Below, in pieces: positions 10,914 to 20,281 of a DNA stretch of 64,000 nt (position 1 is the stretch's first letter; each line of letters begins with the position of its first letter). Below the pieces are notes generated by a model. That model saw only the letters and a program-made list of their open reading frames with translations, did no database searches and was not told where the DNA came from. Both the position numbers and the translations under genes were made by a program. This stretch comes from Opitutia bacterium (GTDB lineage Bacteria > Verrucomicrobiota > Verrucomicrobiia > Opitutales > Opitutaceae): NCBI GenBank assembly GCA_947478395.1, contig CANJVR010000001.1, positions 863,754 to 927,753 of the forward strand, given 5' to 3'.

Positions 10914-13373
10914 ATGAAAAAAATATTCGTCCCCGCGTTTCTCGCCACCCTGCCGATCGTTCTGAGCGCGGCGCAACCGTGGCAGGAGATCGCCATGCCG
11001 ACGGTGGCTGAAGCCGCCGCCGCGTTTCCCACCCCGCCGAAGGAGTACGGCGCCATCCACTGGGCCACCGGATTTCCGCAGGCCAAGGAGCGGATCGTGG
11101 CGGACATCGAGAACACCGCGGCCAACGGCGGCACCGTTTACATGATTAACGCCGGTGGTCGCACCGTTAAATTTCTCTCTCCCGAGTATTTCGATTCGCT
11201 GAAGGTCGCAATCGACGAACTGAAAAAGCGCGGAATGAAAATGTGGATCGATGGCGACCACGGTTATCCCGACGGCTTCGCGGGCGGCCTCGTCAGCAAA
11301 CTCCATCCCGAGCTCGGCATGCAGGCCATCGTGGCGGATGCGCACTACTCCGTTGCCGGCGGCCAGACACTCACCCTCTCCGTCCCGGCCGATACGCTCG
11401 GTATCGTCGCGAATATTCAACCGCCGCAAGTTCCACCCGTGCCTCGCGCCGCAGCGGCCGCACCCGCGCCCGGCCTTGCGCCCAATGGCCAGCGCCGGCC
11501 CGGCCAGCCGATGTTCGCCATGATTCCCGCCGATCACGAGTTGCCGCTGCCGACCGACGGACAATTCACCTGGATCGGCGCCGCCGGCGGAAACTGGGAG
11601 GTCTATTTTGAAGGCAGTATCGGCAACGCGCGCTATAGCGTGACCTCCGGCCAGACGCTGAAGATTCCCCTGCCCGCTGAAACCAAGCACATCCAAGCCC
11701 GCCTCCGCGTCGGCGGCGGCGCGGGCGGCGGCGGACGCCGCGGCGGGGCCAGTGCACCGACGCCGGCGACCACCGTGATTCCGGTGCCAAGCGATGGAAA
11801 ATTCACATGGACCGCGCCGGCCGGCAGCGAGACATGGGAGATTTCTTTCGTCCGCCACATCTATCGCAGCTCACCGACCCGCTTCGGCCAGCGCGAAGAC
11901 GGCACCCGCGACAAGGACAGCCTCTACTCGATCATCGACTACCTGGATCCCAAGGCCACGGCGCTGTACCTCCAACTCGTGATGGAAGAATACAGGAAAA
12001 ATGCCGGCGCGGAATTCGGCAAAACCATCCTCGGTTTCCGCGGGGACGAGACCGATTTTACGGGCTTCATTCCATGGACGCCCAAGCTGCTGACGACCTT
12101 TCAGCAGCAGAAAGGGTACGACCTTCAGCCCTACATTGCGCACTTCTTCGGCCCAGCCCTGTCGCCTGAGGCGGCGCGCGCCAAGGCCGACTACTTCGAT
12201 GTGTGGAGCGGCATGTTTCGCGACAATTTCTACAAGCCGATGCAAGACTGGTGCCGCGCGCACGGCATGGACTACATGATGCACCTCAACCACGAGGAAC
12301 TCATGGTGAACCGCAGCGGTGGCGCAGACATGACGAAGAACGAAGGGTCCTTCTTCCGCGGCATGCGCTACATGGGCGTCCCCGGCGTCGATAATCTCAA
12401 CCAGATCGGGCCCGGTATCGTGGCGGATTTCCCCAAACTCGCGGCGTCGGCGGCGCACCTCTTCGGTCATCCGCAGGCTTGGACCGAGTCCGGCGGCACC
12501 GTGGCCGCCGGCGGCAAGTTCGTCGTCGATTACCAATTCGTGCGCGGCATTAATTTCGTGAACTACCGCGGACTTAACGTCGCCGCTCCGCCGACCACCG
12601 CGAACGAGCCGACCGCGGCCACCGGTTGGTACGTAACGCGCGCGAGTTACCTGCTGGCCATGGGCCGGCCAGCCGCGCAGGTCGCGCTCTATCATCCGTC
12701 AGACAGCTTTTGGTTGAACGACGCCGATGCGGACGACGCCACCGTGAAGCTGGCCACGCAGTTGATGGAGCACCAAATCGATTTCGATCACATCGATCAC
12801 GACTCGCTCGCCTCGGTGTGCGCGCTCGAAGGCGGCACCTTCAAAAATCTAAGCGGCCAGGTTTATCGCGCCGTGATCATTCCGAGTTCGACCGTGATTC
12901 AGAAAAATGTCCTCGATCGCCTGCGCACGTTTGCCGCGGCGGGCGGCAAGGTTATATTCGTCGGTCGCACGCCCACGATGGTGGTCGATCGCACGTTCCT
13001 CAACGCCGGCGGCGCGCCCGATCTTCGTTTCGCCACGCTCGAAGCGACCCCCGACATCACGCCGCGAGTCGTGGCCGCGCTGCCCAAACCCGACGTGAAA
13101 CTCGACGCCGCGTGCGCGCCGCTGAAATACATTCACCGCAGCCTGAAAGACGGAGACGTTTATTTCTTCTTCAACGAGTCGAAGGAAACGCAAACGCGCA
13201 CCGCCACCGTGGACGGCAAAGGTGCCGTCCAAATCTGGGACGCGGCCAGCGGCAAGATAGTGCGCGCGCCTAGCACGACCGCCGCCAACGGCAGTGTTGC
13301 GCTGCCGCTGACGCTCGGCCCGCAAGAGTCGCGCTTCATCGTCATCGGCCCGCTGCCCGGGCCAACGAGCTGA
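10914..13373 (+). CDS. Glycoside hydrolase family 106-like (alpha-L-rhamnosidase-type), secreted
   Basis: Signal peptide; MWIDGDHGYPDGFAGG, DYLDPKAT, GFRGDE, PWTPKL, PGVD, PKLAASAAH and YFFFNES. Confidence 0.8.
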   Translation: MKKIFVPAFLATLPIVLSAAQPWQEIAMPTVAEAAAAFPTPPKEYGAIHWATGFPQAKERIVADIENTAANGGTVYMINAGGRTVKFLSPEYFDSLKVAIDELKKRGMKMWIDGDHGYPDGFAGGLVSKLHPELGMQAIVADAHYSVAGGQTLTLSVPADTLGIVANIQPPQVPPVPRAAAAAPAPGLAPNGQRRPGQPMFAMIPADHELPLPTDGQFTWIGAAGGNWEVYFEGSIGNARYSVTSGQTLKIPLPAETKHIQARLRVGGGAGGGGRRGGASAPTPATTVIPVPSDGKFTWTAPAGSETWEISFVRHIYRSSPTRFGQREDGTRDKDSLYSIIDYLDPKATALYLQLVMEEYRKNAGAEFGKTILGFRGDETDFTGFIPWTPKLLTTFQQQKGYDLQPYIAHFFGPALSPEAARAKADYFDVWSGMFRDNFYKPMQDWCRAHGMDYMMHLNHEELMVNRSGGADMTKNEGSFFRGMRYMGVPGVDNLNQIGPGIVADFPKLAASAAHLFGHPQAWTESGGTVAAGGKFVVDYQFVRGINFVNYRGLNVAAPPTTANEPTAATGWYVTRASYLLAMGRPAAQVALYHPSDSFWLNDADADDATVKLATQLMEHQIDFDHIDHDSLASVCALEGGTFKNLSGQVYRAVIIPSSTVIQKNVLDRLRTFAAAGGKVIFVGRTPTMVVDRTFLNAGGAPDLRFATLEATPDITPRVVAALPKPDVKLDAACAPLKYIHRSLKDGDVYFFFNESKETQTRTATVDGKGAVQIWDAASGKIVRAPSTTAANGSVALPLTLGPQESRFIVIGPLPGPTS

Positions 13374-13433
13374 GCCGCTCGATCCGTTCAGGCTTTTTGG
13401 GCCGCCAAGAAGCGCGAAAATTCCGGAGCCCTC

Positions 13434-14201
13434 TCAGTTTTTATTCGGCTCCTTCGGAAAAGTAGCGACCAGGTATTCGACGAGCGATTCGACCTGTGAA
13501 TCGTCCAGCGGGCCGCCGCGCTTTTTTGCGAAGCCCGGCATCAGGGTGCCCTCGCGGCCCTCTTCCACCCAGCGCGTCCACCACGCGGCGTCGCGTTGCT
13601 CTTTCGCCACGTTGAGATCGGGCACCATGGAAGCCTGGTGCTTCGCTTGGTGGCAGACGCCGCACACGGCCTCGAACAAGTCGGGGCCGAAACGACTCTC
13701 CGCTGGCACCGCGTGACACACCGCGCACTCACCCTGAAAAACCGCCTGACGATTCGCCGCGGCGAGTACTTGGTTCTGCGCGCGCATCGCCGGATCCATC
13801 AGCGGCACTTGAATCACCATCATGAGCGTTTGGTAGCCTTCGACCGTACTGATGAGTAAATCCTTCGCGATCTCGCCTTCCTTGCCGCGGAAATCGACGA
13901 TCCCCGTTACCGTGCCTTTCTCCCCGGGCGCGAGCGTCCACGGCATGCGCGGCGCCTCCCAGGTGGTGCAGCCACACGAAGCGCGGATCTGCCAAATTTT
14001 CACCGGGTACTTCGACGTGTTCGTCACGTGAAATTCGAAACGCGCCATCCCGTCCTCGAATTTCGGCGACGCCGATTTTTTCATCGCATCCCAAACGAGC
14101 GGATGCGCCGGCGCCGGCTCCACCGCCTGACGCGCGCAGCCCGCCGCCACGCACACCGCCGCCAGCCAGATTGCCCGCCACGCGGTTTGAATGAAATTCA
14201 T
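13434..14201 (-). CDS. DUF1573 (Ig-like) + di-heme cytochrome c lipoprotein
   Basis: Lipobox-like VAAGC; DUF1573 signature ASCGCT; CAVCH and CGVCH; LMPGF as a candidate axial Met. Confidence 0.8.
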   Translation of the reverse strand: MNFIQTAWRAIWLAAVCVAAGCARQAVEPAPAHPLVWDAMKKSASPKFEDGMARFEFHVTNTSKYPVKIWQIRASCGCTTWEAPRMPWTLAPGEKGTVTGIVDFRGKEGEIAKDLLISTVEGYQTLMMVIQVPLMDPAMRAQNQVLAAANRQAVFQGECAVCHAVPAESRFGPDLFEAVCGVCHQAKHQASMVPDLNVAKEQRDAAWWTRWVEEGREGTLMPGFAKKRGGPLDDSQVESLVEYLVATFPKEPNKN

Positions 14202-14704
14202 GGGCGGTAGAAGACGCCAAATTCAGACCCTGTGCAAACCACGGCATCCCCCGCCGCGGGAGTAAGACTGCGCGCCGCGGTGATAGACGAAACATTCGGC
14301 CGAGCGAGGATCGCCCAAAAAGCCGCCGCCCCATCCATCACACCGGTTTTCGGTTTAGGTTCTTTCCGCGCATCCAACGCGGCGTAGTCGTAACCTGCGC
14401 CAGTGTTCCCTTCGCGGCTTTGCGTCGGGCCATCGGCAAGAATAAATTCGACGGCCTTTTTTTCCCGAGCCACCTCGTCCGGTCCACCTCCGTTTTTCTC
14501 CATTTCCTGAAGGGACCACAACTTTACCGGACTCGCTTCCAGCTTTGCTGTTACCGTCGTCCGCTCGACCCCCGGGCGACAGCGCAGGTTTTTCTCAACG
14601 TAGGCGTTCAAAGGGCCGAGCCGCTTTTCCCGTTGGGCGGGGGCCTGAGTTTTTTTTGCCTCAACGCCTTTTATGAAGATTCCCATTTTGCGGTTTGTGC
14701 CCAT
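14198..14704 (-). pseudogene. Degenerate DUF4256-family remnant
   Basis: EKN...AKLEASPVKLWSLQEMEKNGGGPDEV...YDYAALDARKEPKP resembles the DUF4256 core as I recall it (KLWSLxEMExTGGEPD...YDxxALxxRKExKP). The C-terminal part is missing. Confidence 0.6.
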
Positions 14705-14878
14705 TTCGCTGCAGCGGATGTGAGCAAGGAGTCCGCCTGGGTCAACCGATGGCGATCGCGCATTGACTTAAATTTTGGCCCCGTGACTCGCGGGCCACGG
14801 TCTCGACCAAAAGTCCGGCGGCGTCTCTTTGTCGAAGGGGGTGTTGCGTGCGTTGCGAAACCCTTCTCCCCTTCCGAC

Positions 14879-15871
14879 ATGCGCCCCGCTTGTCACACGA
14901 TTCCGGCGGCGTGGGCCGCAGCGCGGACGGGAAGCTTCCTCGGCCTATTTTTGTTTTGGCATGGGGCCTTACTCTTAAGTTTAGCCGGCACAGCTACGGC
15001 AGCGCCGCTGGTTTTTGCGCGTTCCACGGTGAGCAAGGAATATGAAGAAAGTCGGTTGGAGCGGGGACTAAAACCGGAGACCTATGTTTTCTATCAAGGA
15101 AATTATTTCGAAGGCCAGGTGGTGGACCGGACCTTAGAACGGATGAAATTTGTCGAGATCGCGCGGACACTGGCGCCCTATCTGCGCGAGCAGCGCTATC
15201 TTCCCGCCCCGAAAATGAACGAGGCCGACCTTATTCTCGTGGTGCATTGGGGCGTAACGATGGGCCGAAATCCCTCGGACGCGCTGGCTTCAATCAATCT
15301 GGATAATCAAACCAAGATGGTCGGCGCGAACACCGACTACGATACCGCCCACGAAGCGGCGACCTCCGGGGGCGCCGACTTGGCCAGCATGACGAAGCTG
15401 ATGGAGGCCGAGCGACGGGTCCAGGATTTGAATCAGCAGCGAACCGCCGAGGCGGACTTCGCGAATCTTTCGAACGACCTTTCGTCGACGTCGAACGCCG
15501 CGTTGATGGGATTTTCTGATGTCCTACGCGAAGAAAGTCAGTCGCTGCTGGGGTCGACCACGATGGCCACAATCAATGCCATGCTCGATGAAGACCGGTA
15601 TTTCATCATCGTGCTGGCGTATGACCGTCGCGCCCTGATCGAGGACAAAGCGATCAGGCGGGTGTGGAGCGCGCGGATCAGCCTGCGTTCGGCCGGGGTG
15701 AATTTCCGCGAGGCGTTAAGTTATCTCGGCGGCGTTGGCGGCGAACTCTTCGGGACCAAGAGCGAGAAGATGCTCATCCGGAAAGCCCGTCCGAAGGGCG
15801 AAGCTACCAAAGCGGGAGATGTTTCAATCGGCGAATTGAAGGTGATAGAAACCGCCGCACCGCCACGGTGA
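14879..15871 (+). CDS. Hypothetical exported protein (Opitutaceae-type family)
   Basis: Hydrophobic N-terminal segment; PETYVFYQG, ADLILVVHWG and YFIIVLAYD blocks. The start is uncertain. Confidence 0.6.
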   Translation: MRPACHTIPAAWAAARTGSFLGLFLFWHGALLLSLAGTATAAPLVFARSTVSKEYEESRLERGLKPETYVFYQGNYFEGQVVDRTLERMKFVEIARTLAPYLREQRYLPAPKMNEADLILVVHWGVTMGRNPSDALASINLDNQTKMVGANTDYDTAHEAATSGGADLASMTKLMEAERRVQDLNQQRTAEADFANLSNDLSSTSNAALMGFSDVLREESQSLLGSTTMATINAMLDEDRYFIIVLAYDRRALIEDKAIRRVWSARISLRSAGVNFREALSYLGGVGGELFGTKSEKMLIRKARPKGEATKAGDVSIGELKVIETAAPPR

Positions 15872-16019
15872 AAAACGTTCTGCGGCGGCGGACTTAGTGC
15901 GCTAATTTACCGGTAAAACGAGCCGCTGAGCGCGTCTTCCCTACCGCGATCATCGTCGGGTTTTCGAAGCGCAATGCACCGCCGTTGGCGCGAGCGGTTT
16001 TTAGCCAAAGGACAGCCGC

Positions 16020-16312
16020 TGGCGACGTGGTGAAGAGAACGACGTGAGCGCCAAACGCCTTCGCGAATTTCACCCCCATGTGACCGAGACCGCCCGCCCG
16101 ACGATGCCGACTTTATGACCCGGACCAACTTTCCAGTGACGCAGCGGGGAATACGTGGTGATACCCGCGCAGAGCAGCGGTGCGGCCGCGGCAAGATCGA
16201 GATTAGCCGGCATGCGGAGCACGAAGTCCTCCGTCACGACAATGCCCTGAGAATAACCGCCGAGCGTCGGCGTACCGAGATGCTTTTCCGTGGCGCCGTA
16301 AGTTCCGACCAT
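16020..16312 (-). pseudogene. Internal fragment of a zinc-dependent NAD(P) alcohol dehydrogenase (cinnamyl-ADH/YahK-like)
   Basis: GGYSQGIVV...[19 protein letters not shown]...KVGIVG, then a 1-nt deletion near 16097, continuing [25 protein letters not shown]. Both termini are absent. Confidence 0.85.
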
Positions 16313-16592
16313 GGAACGCCGTAAAACCTTTCGCCTTCCGGACGGCGTGATTCGCGGATCCCCATGGAAAAATGACGCGCCCCGGATCGCATGGGTCGTC
16401 TCTCCGTCCGACACGTGGTAATTTTCACGCTTTCAATCCGCGCCCTTTCGCGCTTTTCGCGGGCAAACGAATTGTCCGGATTTTAAGGGCGGATGAGTTT
16501 CGGCTTTCGGCTCGTCTCCTCCAACCTCGCCAGTGTTGCATCGGGCATTCGGTCGAACGCCCACCGGTCGTGACCCGTTAAACCCCTACCCC

Positions 16593-17723
16593 ATGAAAGC
16601 TCCGTTCTCCCTTGCTGCTGCGATCATCCTTATCAGCGCGAGCCTAGCGTCGGCTCAGCCTGCCGCCGCTCCCGCCGCGCCTGCAGCGCCCGCCGCCGCC
16701 GGACGCGCTGCACGTCCACCCGCGCCCCAGCGCGATCCACTCGCCGCGGGCTACGTGAAAGCCACGGAATTGCCCGATGGCCAGGTGCCGCCGATGGAGG
16801 CCGACGGCAATTTCATCATCGGCCCGACCCACACGCCCGCGCCGGAAATGAGCCCCGTCAAAGAGGGCCCCAAGGGCACGGTCCACAAATTCACCCTCGA
16901 TTCGGCCGACAGTAAATTTTACCCCGGCGTCGAGCGGGATGAGCCCGCCGCGGGAGCCGCGCCGGCCGGACCCAACGGCACGGTAGGCAACCATCCCAAG
17001 CCGTATAAGCGCACCGTTTCCGTTTACGTCCCCGCGCAATATGTCCCCGGGACCGTGGCGCCGGTTTTGATCACCACCGACGGCGATGGCCGCGCCTACA
17101 ACGTGCTCGACCATCTTATCCCGCAAAAAAAATTGCCCGTGATGATCGTCGTCTCAATTCCGCCCGGCGGTCCCGATGGACGCGGCGGCCAGCGCAATCT
17201 CGAGTACGACACGGTGTCCGGCAAATACAGCGACTTCGTCGAGACCGAGGTCCTGCCGATGGCCGAAAAAATCGCCAACGTGAAAATCACGAAGGATCCG
17301 AACGGCCGCGCCGTGATGGGCACGAGTTCGGGCGCCGCTGCGAGCATGACCATGGCTTGGCTTCACCCCGAGCGCTATAGCCGGGTCCTGACATTCTCCG
17401 GCACGTTCACCAACAATCAATGGCCGGTGGATCCGGCCTATCCGCATGGCGCTTGGGGACTCCACGAGACTCTGATTCCCAACAGCCCGGTCAAAAAGCT
17501 CCGCATCTACATGGAGGTCGGCGATCGCGACAACTTCGGTGGGGACATGCGGGACTGGGTCTTGGCCAACGAAAACATGGCAAAGGTGCTCACGGAAAAA
17601 GGCTATCACTACAAATTTGTGTTCGCGCGCAACGCCGGGCACACCGATCGCCCGACCATTTCGCAGCTCTACCCCACCGCCCTGCAATGGATCTGGCAGG
17701 GCTATCCGATCGAGGGGAAGTGA
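16593..17723 (+). CDS. Secreted Fes/enterochelin esterase-like alpha/beta hydrolase
   Basis: Signal peptide; VYVPAQY, RNLEYD, GTSSGA, SGTFTNNQWP and AGH. Confidence 0.85.
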   Translation: MKAPFSLAAAIILISASLASAQPAAAPAAPAAPAAAGRAARPPAPQRDPLAAGYVKATELPDGQVPPMEADGNFIIGPTHTPAPEMSPVKEGPKGTVHKFTLDSADSKFYPGVERDEPAAGAAPAGPNGTVGNHPKPYKRTVSVYVPAQYVPGTVAPVLITTDGDGRAYNVLDHLIPQKKLPVMIVVSIPPGGPDGRGGQRNLEYDTVSGKYSDFVETEVLPMAEKIANVKITKDPNGRAVMGTSSGAAASMTMAWLHPERYSRVLTFSGTFTNNQWPVDPAYPHGAWGLHETLIPNSPVKKLRIYMEVGDRDNFGGDMRDWVLANENMAKVLTEKGYHYKFVFARNAGHTDRPTISQLYPTALQWIWQGYPIEGK

Positions 17724-17732
17724 GCGTCCCGC

Positions 17733-17757
17733 CCCCGCTCCACGATGGAGCGGGGTA
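17733..17757. terminator. Hairpin between convergent genes
   Basis: CCCCGCTCCA-CGA-TGGAGCGGGG perfect stem, with no strong U tract. Confidence 0.4.
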
Positions 17758-17823
17758 TCGTTAGAGCCGACCCAAGAGCCCGCCGCGCCGTGGGCCGGAG
17801 ACCACGGCGCCAAACTGGGCCGC

Positions 17824-18459
17824 TCAGTTTCCCCGTCGCTCCTCTGCTTTAGGCGCGGTCGTTGGCGAAACATCCGGGCCGGGCACAAAAAAATAGATGA
17901 CCGCCATCGTCGCGGCGGTGCCGACGACCAAAAAGGCGATGCCGAGCTGCCGGCGCCGCGGCAACGCGAGCCAGAGAATGAAGCCGGTGAGGCACGCAAG
18001 GACGATCAAGGCCGCGCTGAAATCGATGACCCACCGCCAGGCCGGACCGGTGTAGCGACCGCGATGGAGATTATTGATGATCGCGATCAATCCGTACTGC
18101 TCGTTATGCGCGGCGACCCGCCCCGTGGATTTAGTCACGGTGATGTCCCAGATTTGTCCCGGCTCCTTGAACGCGATCGCGTACTCGTCGTCGATGTCCG
18201 CGAAATTGGCCATGGCGCCGTGGATGCCCAGCGTCTGCCGCAGGTGCTCGACGATCCGCAGATTGTCGTGACTCGCGATCAAGGCCGGCGGGACTTGTCC
18301 GGTGTGTTCGGTCACGCGCGGCGGCGCGGAGTCGAGCAGGCCTTCATGATTGATCGTGAAGCCCGTGACGCTGAACAGCAGCATCACCAGCAGGCCAAGC
18401 ATCGTCAGATAAATATGCACGGCGCGACAGGCCGCGAGGAGGGTCTTGTTAATGTTCAC
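17824..18459 (-). CDS. PepSY-associated TM helix domain protein
   Basis: RAVHIYLTM...FSVTGFTINH and NNLHRGRYTGPAWRWVIDFSA...LTGFILW, with three TM segments. GTG start 3 nt after the ApbE-DUF2271 stop. Confidence 0.88.
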   Translation of the reverse strand: MNINKTLLAACRAVHIYLTMLGLLVMLLFSVTGFTINHEGLLDSAPPRVTEHTGQVPPALIASHDNLRIVEHLRQTLGIHGAMANFADIDDEYAIAFKEPGQIWDITVTKSTGRVAAHNEQYGLIAIINNLHRGRYTGPAWRWVIDFSAALIVLACLTGFILWLALPRRRQLGIAFLVVGTAATMAVIYFFVPGPDVSPTTAPKAEERRGN

Positions 18460-18462
18460 GGA

Positions 18463-20001
18463 TCAAGTCGGGGGTAGGCCGTAAGCGACGGTCGAAGCAT
18501 CCGACTCGGCGGTTTCAGTCATGGAGGCGGTCACGGGTTCAGTGGTGCAGTGCACCGTCGCCTCGCCGAACACGTGGTGTCCCTCCTCGCGGCAAAGTTC
18601 GAGCGAGATTTTGTAAGTGCCCATCGGCAGGCGACGGCCCACATCGTCTTTTCCATCCCACACTACGGTATACGAACCCGGCGGACGCGTGGCGCGGGCC
18701 GTGACGAGCGCGCTCTCATTGCTCCGGCCCAGCTCATTGGTCCACGTCGTCAATTTGCGCTGATAGCGTTCGTCGGTGCCCCAAACCGTGATCGTACGCA
18801 CGACCTTCCCTTTGGCGTCCTCGACCCAAACCACCACGTAAGGCCGATAAATCTCCTTCGGGCGGGGGCCTCCGCCAGGGCTGGGCCCGGCCGCATGTTT
18901 TTTCAAAATCACGGGCAGCGTGAGTTGAAAACCGGCGGGCCAATGAGCGGCGGCCACCGGCGCTTCCTGCGGCGCAACCGGCGCGGCCGACGGCGCCGGG
19001 GCCAATCCGTTCGCCGCGGCGGGCGCGATCAACCCGCCGCCCACGTTGTTGCCCGCGGCATCGCCGAAAAGATAACCCGTTGCGCCGTGCGCGGCCGCGA
19101 GCGTGGCCCCCGCCGCCGGGCCGCCGATGCTCGCGGCCGTCGAGAGCGCGTTGGCCGTGACGCAATCGCGCGCGACCACCGTGGCGCTGCCGCCTGCTTC
19201 GCAAGGCCACAACGTGCGCGGATCGATGAGATGGGAAAAACGTCGCCCGCCCACGTCGAAAAACCGCGCGTAGCCTCCGCTCGTGGCGACCGCCGCATCG
19301 CGCAGGGTGAAGCGCGTGAGCGGCGCCGCGTTGTCCGCTGGGTTACGCGGATCGGCCACGCCGATGGTCCACGCCGAGTCGCCCCAAGCCCGGATATCGC
19401 CGCCCAGATTGATGAGTCCGCCGGAAGCGAAACGACGCGCCACCGCCACCGCGCGGTCGATGATGAAACTCTTGCCCAGCGCATCGACATTGAACGCCCG
19501 CGCGCGGCGCGCGGCCTGCGTCAGCGCGGCGGCCTCAGGCAACTGACCAGTGCGAGCCGCTTCGCGCCACGCCACGATCACGCCGCCAAGACGCGGGGTG
19601 ATGAGACCCTGCGTGCGCGTGGACCACGTCTCATACACGGCCAGCAATTCCGCGAGTTCCACCGAGGCTACCGGTGCTCCAGCGAGCACCCGGCTGATTT
19701 CACTCGCGGGATCATAGGTGCTGAGGATGCCGCGCAACCGTTCAATTTCGCCGAGAATCCGCGCCTCGCATTCGGCGGCGTCGCGCGGTCTTGCCGCCTC
19801 GACGAACAGATCGAGCGAAGTCCCGAGCACGTAATCGTAGCCCGCCGAAAAAAGTTTCAGGTCCGCCGCGCGCCGCAAGGGCAGATCGCCGCTTAGAACC
19901 TGAACGGCTGCACTTAATTTAGCGCCCGGAGTGAACGCCACCAATCCCGCCGCGGCTCCAGTGAGCCAGCGCCTCGAAGGTTGCGGGAAGATTTTTTTCA
20001 T
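18463..20001 (-). CDS. apbE: ApbE FAD:protein FMN transferase fused to DUF2271 (paralog 1)
   Basis: VLGTS, YDPASE, GGDI, WTIGVADP, VATSGGYAR and HLIDPRT; C-terminal RPYVVVWVED...WDGKDDVG...CREEG. SRRWL Tat-like signal. Confidence 0.88.
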   Translation of the reverse strand: MKKIFPQPSRRWLTGAAAGLVAFTPGAKLSAAVQVLSGDLPLRRAADLKLFSAGYDYVLGTSLDLFVEAARPRDAAECEARILGEIERLRGILSTYDPASEISRVLAGAPVASVELAELLAVYETWSTRTQGLITPRLGGVIVAWREAARTGQLPEAAALTQAARRARAFNVDALGKSFIIDRAVAVARRFASGGLINLGGDIRAWGDSAWTIGVADPRNPADNAAPLTRFTLRDAAVATSGGYARFFDVGGRRFSHLIDPRTLWPCEAGGSATVVARDCVTANALSTAASIGGPAAGATLAAAHGATGYLFGDAAGNNVGGGLIAPAAANGLAPAPSAAPVAPQEAPVAAAHWPAGFQLTLPVILKKHAAGPSPGGGPRPKEIYRPYVVVWVEDAKGKVVRTITVWGTDERYQRKLTTWTNELGRSNESALVTARATRPPGSYTVVWDGKDDVGRRLPMGTYKISLELCREEGHHVFGEATVHCTTEPVTASMTETAESDASTVAYGLPPT

Positions 20002-20123
20002 CAAAACAGGCGGTGAATTTCAGGGCGTTCGGCGGATGACGGACGGCGTTCTCGAAAGTTCCGACGCAAGTCGCAAGCCAAGCAAGCGGCGAGGTCCGGT
20101 AGCGGCGATGAACCGGCGCGTTC

Positions 20124-20258
20124 GGGCGGTTTAACCAAAAGCGTAGCGCGTAACGACGCAGCGGCAGGCGTCCCTGCCTGCCGAAACGAGAACGCCGAAC
20201 CCGGCAGGCAGGACGCCTGCTGCTACCCAAAACAGCCACGGAAAAACTTAAACCGCTC
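20124..20258. repeat. MITE/REPIN-like element, copy 2 (both ends present)
   Basis: Ends GGGCGGTTTAACCAAAAG ... GGAAAAACTTAAACCGCTC (terminal inverted repeat) enclose an inverted pair of GCAGGCGTCCCTGCCTGC palindromes. Confidence 0.85.
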
Positions 20259-20281
20259 GAGCGATAACGCGGCCTGCCTTT

